A stretch of 63,518 bases of DNA, the filler included, from Chiloscyllium plagiosum (taxonomy: Eukaryota), in assembly GCF_004010195.1 (NCBI RefSeq). It is 4 parts of one record of this genome, joined end to end, with 100 filler letters (N's around TTAATTAATTAA, not from the genome) between each part and the next. Parts side by side here need not be neighbours in the genome. Positions count along the whole stretch, not along the records: positions 1 to 22,212 come from NC_057712.1; 3 more parts are not named here. The stretch is one strand, 5' to 3'. A model generated the notes under the pieces. The model saw only the letters and a list, made by a program, of their open reading frames with translations. It was not told the origin of the DNA and ran no database searches. The position numbers and the translations under genes are program-made. Below are positions 1 through 11,575 of this stretch, in pieces (position 1 is the stretch's first letter; every line of letters starts with the position of its first letter).

Positions 1-110
1 CCCGTAGTGCCCAGGGATGTGCAGGTTAGGCTGGATTGGCCGTGCTAAATTGTCCCGTAGTGCCCAGGGATGTGCAGGTTAGGGTGGATTGGCCCGTGCT
101 AAATGTGGGG
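1..110 (+). repeat. HE1-SINE-derived 53-54 bp minisatellite (partial array)
   Basis: Unit CCCGTAGTGCCCAGGGATGTGCAGGTTAGGGTGGATTGGCCGTGCTAAATTGTC repeated about twice. Confidence 0.85.
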
Positions 111-479
111 GTTGGTTGGGGGAGTGAGTCTGTGTTAACTGTTCTTGGGAGGGTCAGTTCAGCCGTGGTGGCCCTGAAGGAATTCTTGGCAAGGTACCTG
201 GTGTAAGTACTTTACAGTAGTAATGGAGAGTGAAAACCGAAAACCTGTGGACCCCCGTCGGGATTCGAACACCAACGTGGTGGGTGTGGAGAACGTGCAA
301 ACTCCACGTGGTCAGTCACCGGATCGACCGGAATCTCACCCGTGAGGCAACAGCGCTAACCACTGAAACGCCCTGTGCCCAGTGGTGGTAAGAGGAATAG
401 CTACAGTCAGCACGCTCGATTTGGAGAAAGGGGCGCGCTCATCAGGCTGGAAGTTTGCAAATATTATGCTCCTTCTTTC

Positions 480-706
480 GAGGAGCCGGCAACGACGAGC
501 CAATTCGGCCTAATCTCCGATATGATGCTGAGGCGGTGGTTTACTAACAAGGAAATCTTATGAAGGCTTTCGCAAAGCATGACGTTATTAGAACCACACG
601 CACCTTTACCAAAGGGGTGACCTCTTTGACGAATCAATTGGCACGTTTTTCCAGAACGCAACTCTCGAGGATCGACACTGGGGTGTCAGTCGATGTACTC
701 TATTGG
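480..706 (+). mobile_element. Degenerate CR1 LINE reverse transcriptase fragment
   Basis: ...LTNQL...SRIDTGVSVDVLY resembles the CR1 RT segment LTNLLEFFEDVTSRIDKG..VDVVYLDF. Confidence 0.5.
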
Positions 707-820
707 GCTGTCCGTGCGACACAGAAGGCCAAGTAAGGGGTGAGGTTGAGGGTGAAGAGATTGGCTAACCTTTTCTTTTCCTCTTCTCTCTCCCTCCTCC
801 GTTCCGTCCGTAACCCCCAG

Positions 821-975
821 ACGGGCTGGTGGTGTGCCACCTGCCCTTTGGTCCCACCGCGTACTTCACCCTCGCCAACGTGGTGATGCGTCACGACATC
901 CCAAAGATTGGCACCATGTCCGAGGCCTACCCGCATCTCATCTTCCACAACCTGACCTCAAAGCTGGGCCTCAGG
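821..975 (+). CDS. IMP4: IMP4 (U3 snoRNP protein, Brix domain) internal coding exon
   Basis: Polypyrimidine tract and CAG acceptor end at 820; GTAGGT donor at 976. Translates (D)GLVVCHLPFGPTAYFTLANVVMRHDIPKIGTMSEAYPHLIFHNLTSKLGLR, matching the vertebrate IMP4 HLPFGPTAYFTL/VVMRHDIP motifs. Confidence 0.95.
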
Positions 976-1074
976 GTAGGTACGACGGGGTGTTGGGGAG
1001 GGAGCGGGGGTGCGTGGAGGTTGGGGAAGGGAGCGGAGGGGGTTTCCGTGCCTGTTCGGGGAAAACAAAAGCTC

Positions 1075-1432
1075 CAGGTTAGGGTGGATTGGCCGTGCTA
1101 AATTGTCCCCGTCGTGCCCAGGGATGTGCAGGTTAGGGTGGATTGGCCGTGCTAAATTGTCCCCGTAGTGCCCAGGGATGTGCTGGTTAGGGTGGATTGG
1201 CCGTGGCCAGGGATGTGCAGGTTAGGGTGGATTGGCCGTGCCCAGGGATGTGCAGGTTAGGGTGGATTGGCCGTGCTAAATTGTCCCCGTAGTGCCCAGG
1301 GATGTGCAGGTTAGGGTGGATTAATCAGGGGTAAATGTATAGTAATAGGGGAGGTGAAGGGGTCTGGGCGGGTTACTCTTCGGAGAGTTGGTGTGGACTT
1401 GTCAGGCCGAAGGGCCTGTTTCCACACTGTCG
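1075..1432 (+). repeat. HE1-derived minisatellite units followed by HE1 3' tail
   Basis: About 5 full or partial units at 1075-1320, then GTGTGGACTTG...CCGAAGGGCCTGTTTCCACACTG. Confidence 0.85.
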
Positions 1433-1476
1433 GGAATCTCGGATTCCCTGCTGACAGCTGCTTTGTCGTTTTGTAG

Positions 1477-1571
1477 GTAACCAGTATCCTCAAGTATTTA
1501 TTCCCCGTCCCGAAAGAAGACAGCAAAAGAGTAATCACATTCGCTAACCAGGATGACTTCATCTCTTTCAG
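1477..1571 (+). CDS. IMP4: IMP4 next internal coding exon (95 nt)
   Basis: TTGTAG acceptor ends at 1476; GTATGT donor at 1572. In frame with the previous exon: VTSILKYLFPVPKEDSKRVITFANQDDFISF(R). Confidence 0.95.
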
Positions 1572-2589
1572 GTATGTGTTGGGAGGGAATCCGTCCGTGT
1601 GTGTGTAGGGGCGAGGGGGGAGGGTCGATTTTGAAAAAGACCTGTTTTGCGTACAGTACAGGCAGATCGCGCTGTGCAAGAACAGAGCGAGGAATAAGAT
1701 GTCAGGGAAGGCGCACTAACAGCAAGACGGCGGTCTGTTCAGGAGTCCGATTACAAAGGGGAAGGAGTTCTTAAATCTGTTGGTCTGTGTGTCTGCGCTT
1801 CTCCCCAATGGAGGAGATGATCACTGGGGTAGGAGGGGGCTTTGATGTCTTCCCAAGGCAGCGCGAGGTGTAGACGTTGTCAGTGGGTGGAAGGTTGGTT
1901 TGCGTGACGGACACAACTCTCTGTAGTTACTCGTGGGCAGAGCAGTTACTGTGATGCGGCGATAGAATGCTTTTCACTGTGCACGTGTAAAAGTTGGTCA
2001 GAGTCCTGAGGGTGTACACCCGTTGCTATGCGTACGCGGCATTAAGTGGTGGTGGTACCGATCCCCTTGAAAGGGTGGCACGTCGGCCCAGTGGCTGGTA
2101 CCGCTGCCTCCCAGCGCCAGGTTCGATTCCAGCCTCGGGTGACTGTCTGTGTGGGGTTTGCACATTCTCACCCCACCGTGACTGTGTGGAAATCCCAAAG
2201 ATGTGCAGGTCAGGGTGGACCGGGCAAAAGTGAGGACTGCAGATGCTGGAGATCAGAGTCGAGAGTGTGGTGCAGGAAAAGTACAGATGGTCAGGCAGCA
2301 TCCGAGGAGCAGGAGAGTCGATGTGTCGGGTGAAAGCCCTTCCAGATGAAGGGCTCTGGCCCGGAACGTTGACTCTCCTCCTTAGGGTGGATTGGCCGTG
2401 CTAAATTGCTCACAGTGTGCAGGGATGTGTAGGTGAGGTGGATTAGTCAGGGCTAAGAATAGAATAAGTGGCCCAATAAGTCCACACCGACCCTCCGAAG
2501 AGTAACCCACTCAGACCCATTCTCCTACCCCTTCACTCTACATTTACCCCTGACTAATCACCTCCGCTACACGTCCCGGAACACACGAG

Positions 2590-3478
2590 TCAATTTATCA
2601 CGACCAATCCACCCTAACCTGCACATCCCTGGGCACTACGGGGACAATTTAGCACGGCCAATCCACCCGAACCTACACATCCCTGGGCACTACGGGACAA
2701 TTTACTACCCCTTCACTCTACATTTACCACTGACTAATCACCTCCGCTACACACCCCGGAACACACTAGTCAATTTAGCACAGCCAATCCCACCCTAACC
2801 TGCACATCCCTGGGCACTACGGGGACAATTTAGCACGGCCAATCCACCCTAACCTGCACATCCCTGGGCACTACGGGACAATTTAGCACGGCCAATCCAC
2901 CCTAACCTGCACATCCCTGAGCACTACGGGGACAATCTAGCACGGCCAATCCACCCTAACCTGCACATCCCTGAGCACTACGGGGGCAATTTAGCACGGC
3001 CAATCCACCCTAACCTGCACATCCCTGAGCACTACGGGGACAATCTAGCACGGCCAATCCACCCGAACCTGCACATCCCTGAGCACTACGGGGACAATCT
3101 AGCACGGCCAATCCACCCTAACCTGCACATCCCTGGGCACTACGGGGACAATTTAGCACGGCCAATCCACCCTAACCCGCACATCCCTGGGCACTATGGG
3201 ACAATTTAGCACGGCCAATCCACCCTAACCTGCACATCCCTGGGCACTACGGGGACAATTTAGCACGGCCAATCCACCCTAACCTGCACATCCCTGGGCA
3301 CTACGGGGACAATTTAGCACGGCCAATCCACCCTAACCTGCACATCCCTGGGCACTACGGGACAATTTAGCACGGCCAATCCACCCTAACCTGCACATCC
3401 CTGGGCGCTATGGGGACAATTTTGCACGGTGGATTGGCTGTGCTAAATGGTCCCGTAGTGCCCAGGGATGTGCAGGTT
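2590..3478 (-). repeat. HE1-derived minisatellite, about 12 contiguous 53-54 bp units (2771-3420) plus one inverted unit at 3430-3478
   Basis: GGGGACAATTTAGCACGGCCAATCCACCCTAACCTGCACATCCCTGGGCACTAC repeated in tandem. Confidence 0.95.
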
Positions 3479-4665
3479 GGCCATGGGGAAAGCAGGGTTA
3501 CAAGGATAGGGGTGTGCCTCTTGGTGGGCTGCTGATGGGGAGAATCGGTGTGGATCCGATGGGCTGGGGGACACAGTCTGGGTTCTGCCGTCACCGTTCC
3601 TGCGGGAGGAAATACTCGCCGTGTAGGCGAAAGCTTCAGTGGGCTACGTTCCTCTTAATGCGGGACTGCCCGCAAGGGGCAGATTGGTGGTCTTCCTGTA
3701 TTGTGTAGCGTTTAGGTGAATGGGAGGTAATTTATTCACACGTGAAGTCAGAGGGTGTTAGGCCGGACAGCAGCAACTGAGCGTGGCCAATGGACTGAGA
3801 AGTCTGTAAGCGAGCCAACAGTGCTCCCCATTGTGCCACGTCCCTTTTCCATTTGCTGGCTCTTCATCCCTGGGTTCCCATTGGCTGCTCGCCTGCCCTT
3901 GGCGTTGCTATGGGGTCGAGAGCAGTGCTTCATGGGAGGGTTAGGCCGAAGGTCAAATGGCCCCATCTCTCGCTGTGGAGGAGCGGCAAAGCTGGCCATT
4001 CTCTGGCCTGGTGGGGAGCAGGTTAGCAGCTGCCAGGGGAGCACTTTTGCAGGGGGTGACCGTAGTTCTGTCCTGTTTTTTTTTTTAAAATAGCGGTGGA
4101 AAAGGATCGACTGGATCTAAAAAGTTGGAAGTTTTAAATTGGAGGGAGGCCAGTTTTGACACCCCCAAGGCAAGCCCTTTCACAGGTTGATTGGGGGGGC
4201 AGATGTTTGCAGTTAAAGGGAAGCCTTTAGAAATGAGGTAACGTGGAACATTCTAGCGCCCTCGGTGTTGCGTCGATCTGTGGAACCAATCTGAAGCCCC
4301 TCTCTCCTACACTATTCCATTCTCATCCATATGCCTATCCAATGCCCTTAAAGTTGGCGAGTCTACTACTGTTACAGGCAGTGCGTTCCACGCCCCCTCC
4401 TATTCTCTGAGTAAAGAAACTCCTTCTGCCATCTGTCCTATATCTATCACCCCCTCAATTTAAAGCTGCGTCCCCTCGTGCTCGCCATCACCATCCGAGG
4501 GGAAAGCCTCTCCCTGCCCACCCTATCTAACGAGAGTCCAGAGAGTGTGTCTTCCTGTTCAGGTGAAAGGTCAAGGCTGGTAGGCGTGGGGAACATTGAG
4601 TGACTAGAAAAATTGAGGTTTTGGTTAAGAATAAGAAGGAAGCGTATGTCGGGTATTGCTGGCAG

Positions 4666-4977
4666 AGATTAGATTAGATTAGATTCCTTACAGTGTGGAA
4701 ACAGGCCCTTCGTCCCAACAAGTCCACACCGACCCTCCAAAGAGTAACCCACCCAGAACCATTACCCTCTGACTAATGTACCTAACACTAAGGGCAATTT
4801 CCCCGTGGCCAATTCACCACATCTTTGGACTGTGGGATAAACCAGAGCACCCGGAGGAAACCCGCCCAGACACTGGGAGAACGTGCAAACTCCACACAGA
4901 CAGTCAGCCTGAGGCTGGGATCGACCCCGGGACCCTGGTGCTGTGAGGCAGCGGTGCTAACCACTGAGCCACCGTGC
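4666..4977 (-). mobile_element. HE1-type V-SINE
   Basis: tRNA-like head with A/B boxes, V core TGTGTGGAGTTTGCAC, and CR1-like tail ending in (AATCT)n, all on the minus strand. Confidence 0.85.
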
Positions 4978-5615
4978 GATCAAGTGAATTCTTAAGAGTA
5001 TAAAGGCTGTAGCGAAATCCTTTGGAAGGAAATCGGAAGGGCAAAAAAGGGGACATGAGATAGCTTTGGCAAATAGGGTTAAGGGGAATCCAAAGGGATT
5101 TTATAAATACGTTCAGGACAAAAGGGTAACTTGGGAGAAAACAGGGGCCATTGAAGGTCAGCAAGGCCACCTATGTGCGGAACCACAGGAGATAGATCGG
5201 ATCCCATTCCCTACAATGTGGAAACAGGCCCTTCGGCCCAACAAGTCCACACTGACCCTCCAAAGAGTAACCCACCCAGACCCATCTCCCTCCGACTAAT
5301 GCATCTAACACCTTGGACAATTTAGCACGGCCCATCCTCCCTGACCTGCCCCTAGGGGAGGTGCTAAACACAAGCTTTGGGGTGGCGAAGGATATGGAAG
5401 ATGGAAAACTTGGGAAATAAACGGCGACATCTTGAAAGTAAGAGGAGGGTGGGAGCTGTGAGTTGCCCCCCCCCCCCCACCCAGCGACCCGGGAAGTGAT
5501 GGCAAAACCAGGCAGTCCTTCAGCCCGCTGTTAACCCGGATGGGCGGATTAGCCGTGGGAAATGCGGACTTGCAGGGATGGGGCAGGGGTTGGGTCTGGC
5601 TGTGACACTGGGCGA

Positions 5616-5824
5616 AAGTGAGGACTGCGGATGCTGGAGATCAGAGTCCAGATTAGAGCGGTGCTGGAAAAGCACAGCAGGGTCAGGCAGCATCCGAGGA
5701 GCAGGAGAATCGACGTTTCGGGCAAAAGCCCTTCGTCAGGAGGGCTTTTGCCCCGAAACGTCGATTCTCCTGCTCCTCGGACGCTGCCTGACCTTGCTGT
5801 GCTTTTCCAGCACCGCTCTAATCT
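5616..5824. mobile_element. Palindromic Penelope-like element end (arms 5650-5732 and 5741-5824) with a hammerhead motif on the minus strand
   Basis: Near-perfect inverted repeat of about 83 bp. Minus strand reads CTGACGA-A-GGGC-TTTT-GCCC-GAAAC-GTC. The same sequence family ends the GIY-YIG-bearing element at 35470-35995. Confidence 0.75.
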
Positions 5825-6759
5825 ACACTCTGGCTGTGATGGAGGGGTCCTAAGAAACACTCGCGGACGTGATTTGATCTCCGCAGAATGATTGCTGCGT
5901 AGCTACACTAGCCGTAGAACATTCCAGCGCAGTACAGGCCCTTCGGCCCTTGATGTTGTGCTGACCTGAGAAACCAATCTGAGGCATATCTATCCTACAC
6001 GATTCCATTTTCATCCCTAATTTATCCCAATGCCCATTTAAATGCCCCTAAAGTTGGTGAGTCTACTACTGTGGCAGGCAGTGCGTTCCACGCCCCCTCC
6101 TACTCTCTGAGTAAAGAAACTCCCTCTGCCATCTGTCCTATATCTATCACCCCTCCATGTAAAGCTGCGTCCCCTGGTGTGAGCCATCGCCGTTCAAGGC
6201 AAAACTCACTGTCCACCTTCCTCTTGGGGAGTTCACTTGGGTGCCGTTCTCTCGCAACTCCGCGTGCACTTTCTGCTTTATTAAAAAGTCACGTTCCCTT
6301 GTGGAAAGCCTCAGTCAAACCTGTCGCAGTTGCCCTGTTGAAATCAGTTTTGGTTGTATATTTCGTGCCATCTGTAAGAGTGTTGTGTGCGGGGCTCAAT
6401 AATCAGTGGGGTTTAATCTCCAACATGTGAAGCCTCTCACACAGGTTTAAACCAATGGGAGGGGGGAGCGTTTCCCACCTCCCACAGACCCAATACGCTG
6501 ATTTCAGCTCTGACCTGTCTTGTGTGCCCAGGCGACAGGACAAGCAACAGTTCCGCGCACATTGGGGCATGTTTGTGACCTATTCTGTTTGGGGCGTGAC
6601 TCCTTGTTGCTTTCCCAAGTTTAAGCAGCGGCAAACCCTCCCGCTAAATTTGCAGCAATTTGCCCCCATTAGTGGGCTATTTCTGTCCTCAAGCGAAATA
6701 AGCTGTCCCTCAATGTGGCTGTTGAAAGTGTGTGTGAGAGAGGAGTGAGGAGAGGGGGA

Positions 6760-7259
6760 NNNNNNNNNNNNNNNNNNNNNNNNNNNNNNNNNNNNNNNNN
6801 NNNNNNNNNNNNNNNNNNNNNNNNNNNNNNNNNNNNNNNNNNNNNNNNNNNNNNNNNNNNNNNNNNNNNNNNNNNNNNNNNNNNNNNNNNNNNNNNNNNN
6901 NNNNNNNNNNNNNNNNNNNNNNNNNNNNNNNNNNNNNNNNNNNNNNNNNNNNNNNNNNNNNNNNNNNNNNNNNNNNNNNNNNNNNNNNNNNNNNNNNNNN
7001 NNNNNNNNNNNNNNNNNNNNNNNNNNNNNNNNNNNNNNNNNNNNNNNNNNNNNNNNNNNNNNNNNNNNNNNNNNNNNNNNNNNNNNNNNNNNNNNNNNNN
7101 NNNNNNNNNNNNNNNNNNNNNNNNNNNNNNNNNNNNNNNNNNNNNNNNNNNNNNNNNNNNNNNNNNNNNNNNNNNNNNNNNNNNNNNNNNNNNNNNNNNN
7201 NNNNNNNNNNNNNNNNNNNNNNNNNNNNNNNNNNNNNNNNNNNNNNNNNNNNNNNNNNN
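6760..7259. other. Assembly gap (N run)
   Basis: 500 N. Confidence 1.
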
Positions 7260-9260
7260 ATCAGCTTCCTCAATCTCTATCCATTCCAGCATGATTACCT
7301 GCTCCTCAATGGTTTCATTCACTACAAGGTCCTTTTCTTTAGTAAAGACAGAAGCAAAAAACTCATTTAGGGCTTCCCCTACCTCCTCAGACTCTATACA
7401 CAAGTTCCCTATGCTATCCCTGATCAGCCCTACTCTTTCTTTGATCATTCTCTTATTCCTCACATACGTGTAAAATGCCTTTGGATTCTCCCTAATTCTT
7501 CCTGCCAAGCCTTTTTCATGCCCCCTCCTGGCTCTCCTCAGACCATTTTTGAGCTCCTTCCTAGCCTGCCTGTAATCCTCTAGAGCTGAGGAAGACCCTA
7601 GCTTCCTCCACCTTACGTAAGCTGCCTTCTTCCTTTTGACAAGAAGCTCCTCTGCTCTCATCATCCAAGGTTCCTTTATCTTACCCCTTCTTGCCTGTCT
7701 CAGAGGGACATATTTGTGCATCACTCGCAACAACTGCTCCTTAAACAGTCTCCACATGTCTATAGTGCCCTTTCCATGGAGCAATTGCTCCCAGTCCATG
7801 CTTCCTAACTCATGTCTAATCGCCTCATAGTTTCCTTTTTCCCAACTAAATATCCTCCCATTGTGCCTGTTTCTCTCCTTCTCCATGGCTATGTAGAATG
7901 TGAGGCAGTTGTGCTCACTATCACAAAAATGCCCTCCCACCGCAAGATCTGTCACCTGCCCCGGCTCATTGCCGAACACCAAATCCAAAATGGCCTCTCC
8001 CCTCGTCGGCCTGACGACGTACTGAGTTAGGAAACCCTCCTGAACACACCTTACAAAAACAGCTCCTTCCAAACCGTCTGCTCGAAGGAGGTTCCAATCA
8101 ATATTGGGAAAGTTAAAGTCACCCATTACAACAACCCTACTACATTCACACTTCAATCTGCCGACCTATGCTTTCTTCCATCTCCCTGCTGCTATTGGGA
8201 GTAAATCCCTAAAGAGGTGACTGCTCCCTTGCTGTTCCTAATTTCCACCCACACTGACTCGGTAGGCAGATCTTCCTCGACAATGGAAGCTTTTGCGTTA
8301 AAGCAAACACACTTTAACTGATACTTTGGTTCCTTGCTGGGAAAGTCCTTCCCACTAGCTGGTCTACCTCTTGCTATTGCCTCATCTGCATCAACTCTCA
8401 CCTCCGGTATACAGCTCAGATTCCCACCCCCCTGCCATATTAGTTTAAACCCTCTCCAACTACTCGAGCAAACCTTATTGGTCCCCTTCCAGTTCAGATG
8501 CAACCCGTCCTTCTTGTACAGGTCCCACCTTCCCCAGAAGGCATCCCAATTATCTACATATCTGAAGCCCTCCCTCCTACACCAGCTGTGCAGCCACATG
8601 TTAAGCTGTGCCCGCTCCCTGTTCCTCACCTCGCCATCTCGTGGCACCGGTAGTAAACTAGAGAACACTACTCTGTTTGTCCTGCTCTGCACCTTCCACC
8701 CTAACTCCCTGAAATCACTTTTTATATCCTCGATCCTTTTCCTGGCTATATCATTAGTGCCGATATGTAACACGATTTCTGGCTGTTCGCCCTCCCCTTT
8801 CACAACCTTATACACCCGATCAGAGACGTCCCAGACCCTGGCACCAGGGAGGCAACATACCTTCCGGGAATCCCGATCCTGACCACAAAATCTCCTGTCG
8901 ATTCCCCGAACTATCGAGTCCCCTACCACTAGCACTTTTCTATTCTGCCCTCTTCCCCTCTGGGCCACAGGGTCAGGCTCAGTGCCAGAGAACTAACCAC
9001 TATGGCTTTCCTCTGGTAGGTCATTCCCCCCCCCCCAGCAGTATCCAAAACGATATACTTATTGCTGAGGGGAATGTCCACAGAGGATCTCTGCACTGTC
9101 TGTCTGTCCCCTTTCCTCCCCCTAACTGTAACCCATCAGGAGTGACCAACTGCCGGTAACTCCTCTCAATTACCCCCTCAGCCTCCCGAATGATCCGCAG
9201 TTCATCCAGCTCCAGCTCCAATTCCCCAACACGCTTTTCCAGGAGCTGGAGTTGGGTGCA
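7260..9260 (-). mobile_element. CR1 LINE 5' part: ORF1 (SGNH esterase) and ORF2 APE endonuclease, with internal deletions
   Basis: VLVVGDSIVRGIDRRFCG...CCLPGARV...HIGTND...DGLHLN (esterase); VVMGDFNFPNIDW...PTRGEAILDLV...SEH (APE). Confidence 0.92.
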
Positions 9261-9279
9261 CTTTCTGCTGACAAATGTT

Positions 9280-9800
9280 CAACTTCTATCTTCTCGTCAT
9301 CTTCTTGCAAGAGGACAGCGCCGACACCCACATCGCTCACGCCGATAGCCACCTATTGCGTCATTAGGTGTGGCTAACACTGGGGCGGTGGTTAATCCAG
9401 CTTTCAGGCTGGGAAATGCCTTCTGACCTTCCTTCGTTCACTGAAAGCTTCTGCATTTCTGCAACCACGCTGTTAAAATTCGGTTGAAATCTTCAATGAA
9501 AACCACTCGGTCTTGGTCCTTCCTTCTCTGTCGATGGCATGGGACATTCCCCAGTAATCTTTGTTTTCATATCCCATGTGGCCATCGGTCCACATCCAGT
9601 GATTACGGCCTAGCTTGGATATTTTCGTGAATTCCCTGTTAACCAGGCTTATCACCTGAAGACAGGCTCCATCACCCAGAATCCTCCTGAAGCTGACTGA
9701 ACAATTCCGACAGACGTGCCAAACACGCCTTCCATCTGTGACTTAAAGTCAGACGGGTGGCTGTGTGGCAACACACAGTTGGGTAATTACAGTCGTCCAG
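9280..9800 (-). mobile_element. Degenerate Gypsy LTR-retrotransposon RT/RNase H fragment
   Basis: AIGVSDVGVGAVLLQEDD resembles the Gypsy RNase H motif DASDVGVGAVLLQ. Confidence 0.6.
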
Positions 9801-9974
9801 CCATGGAATAACCCAGTGGCTCGTCAACCGCCCTCCCCCTCGTACATACTGGCTTGAAAAACTGTCCTGGACGCATTTCACGAATCCCACTCTCTCTGAG
9901 CCTTTCGCACCACCGCTCGCCCCGGCTGATGTTGGCGAGGTTGAAACCCCCTACCATCGCTACCCACATCACTT

Positions 9975-10300
9975 TTATGATTCGCAGGTGCCGGAGTTGG
10001 ACTGGGGTGTACAAAGTTAAAAATCACGCGACGCCAGGTTGTAGCCCAACAGGTTTAATCGGAAGCGCGCTAGCTTTCGGAGCGCCTCTCCTTCATCGGG
10101 TGGCTGCGGAGTATAAGATCACAAGACACAGAGTTTATAGCAAAAGTTTCGCCGATCTTGGAATCTTGCGATCTCTGCACTCAGGTCAACTGAACAAAGA
10201 GCAGATGAACAACCATCTGACGAAGGGGCAGCGCTGAGAAAGCTAGTGCTTCCGATTAAACCTGTCGTGCTCCAGCCTGGTGTTGTGTGTGACTTTTAAC
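9975..10300. mobile_element. Inverted-repeat element (same family as 20987-21200 and 29398-29580) with degenerate hammerhead motifs
   Basis: Arms at about 10020-10100 and 10212-10300. Confidence 0.65.
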
Positions 10301-10460
10301 GATTATTTTTAAACTTCTCTGAAACTTGCCCGCATGTCTACTGTTCTATTTCTTGCACGCAATTAGGAGGCCACAATACACTCCCAGCAATGTGATCTGG
10401 CTTTTCGGTTTGACCTCTCGTTTCAATTGGGCAGCCGTCTAAGATGTCATCACTCGTTTG

Positions 10461-10720
10461 TGGGCGGCGCGGTGGCACGGTGGGCAGCACTGCTGCCTCG
10501 CAGCGCCAGGGACCCGGGTTCGATTCCCGCCTCAGGCGACTGACTGGGTGGAGTTTGCACGTTCTCCCCGCGTCTGCGTGGGTTTCCTCCACATTAAACC
10601 CCATTTGCCACCTCTCAGCCCAGCTCTGCAGCTTATCTACGTCCCTCTGTAACCCGCAACATCCTTCCGCACTATCCACAACTCCACCGACCTTAGTGTC
10701 ACCCGCAAATTTGCTAATGT
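10461..10720. mobile_element. HE1 SINE 5' half (+) fused to a CR1 RT fragment (-)
   Basis: HE1 head at 10461-10590; minus strand then gives SKFAGDTKVGGVVDSAEG...WAERWQMGFN. Confidence 0.8.
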
Positions 10721-10974
10721 GATGCACAGCGAGAAATACCAGAGCTGGTTTTGTGATAATCGTGGGCGGTTTTAAATTCCATTTTGTTCAGACATACTTT
10801 CAGTGAGCGGGTAGGTGGAGCTAGTAAATGTGAAGTCATCCGGTTTTGGGAGGGATGACACAAAGGAGTATTATTTGAATGATGAAATATTGCAAAGGGA
10901 CCTGGGTGTCCTTGTGCATGAATCATAAAAGCTTGGTCTGCAGGAAGGCATCTGGAATTTTGTCCCTCATTGTT

Positions 10975-11575
10975 AAATTGAATTGAATTTATTGTCCCGA
11001 GGCACAGTGAAAAGCTTTGTTTTGCGAGCGATACAGAGTTAAGTCGCACCGCTCAGTAAATATTAGGTAAACAGTGGCAAAAACAAAAGCACAGGGATAG
11101 GCCAATGTTAAGAGTTTGTGAGTCCGTTCACGATTCTAACAACAGGAGGGTAGAAACTGTTTGGAAACCGGCCGGTGCGTGTGTTCTGTACCATCTCCCC
11201 GATGGTAGAAAAACGTTGCCAGGGTGGGACGGATCTTTGAGAACGCTGGCGGCCTTTCCTTGACAGTGAGGCCTGCTAGGTGGATTCTATAGATGGGAGG
11301 TTGGGCCTTTGGGATTGTCCGGGCCGAGTTCACCCCACTCTCTGTAACCGTCTCCGATCTTGAACGGGACCGTTGCCGTACCAGGGGGCAGACAGAACGC
11401 TCTCGATGGCACACCTTATAAAAGTTGGCGAGGGTATTCGCCGTCATGCCCGATTCCCTCAGCGGCCTGAGGAAGAAGAGACGTTGTTGGGCCTTTGTAA
11501 CCAGTGCGTCCGCATGAACAGTCCAGGAAAGTTTGTTGTGGATGACCACTCGCAGGAGCTTGGGTATCCTTGGGT
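10975..11575 (-). mobile_element. Rex1/Babar-type LINE 3' fragment
   Basis: KLSWTVHADALVTKAQQRLFFLR...TLANFY. Related fragments at about 1630-2010 and 48550-49170. Confidence 0.7.

Noticed and set aside
2771..3420. CRISPR-like regular repeat array
   Set aside because: Units are contiguous with no unique spacers, there are no cas genes, the context is eukaryotic, and the unit derives from HE1.
6520..6748. Possible IMP4 downstream exon after a CAG acceptor
   Set aside because: The translation has no similarity to the IMP4 C-terminus.
6669..7473. Long ORFs containing X runs (also 12455-12955)
   Set aside because: Artefacts of reading through N gaps; only the CR1 portion is real.
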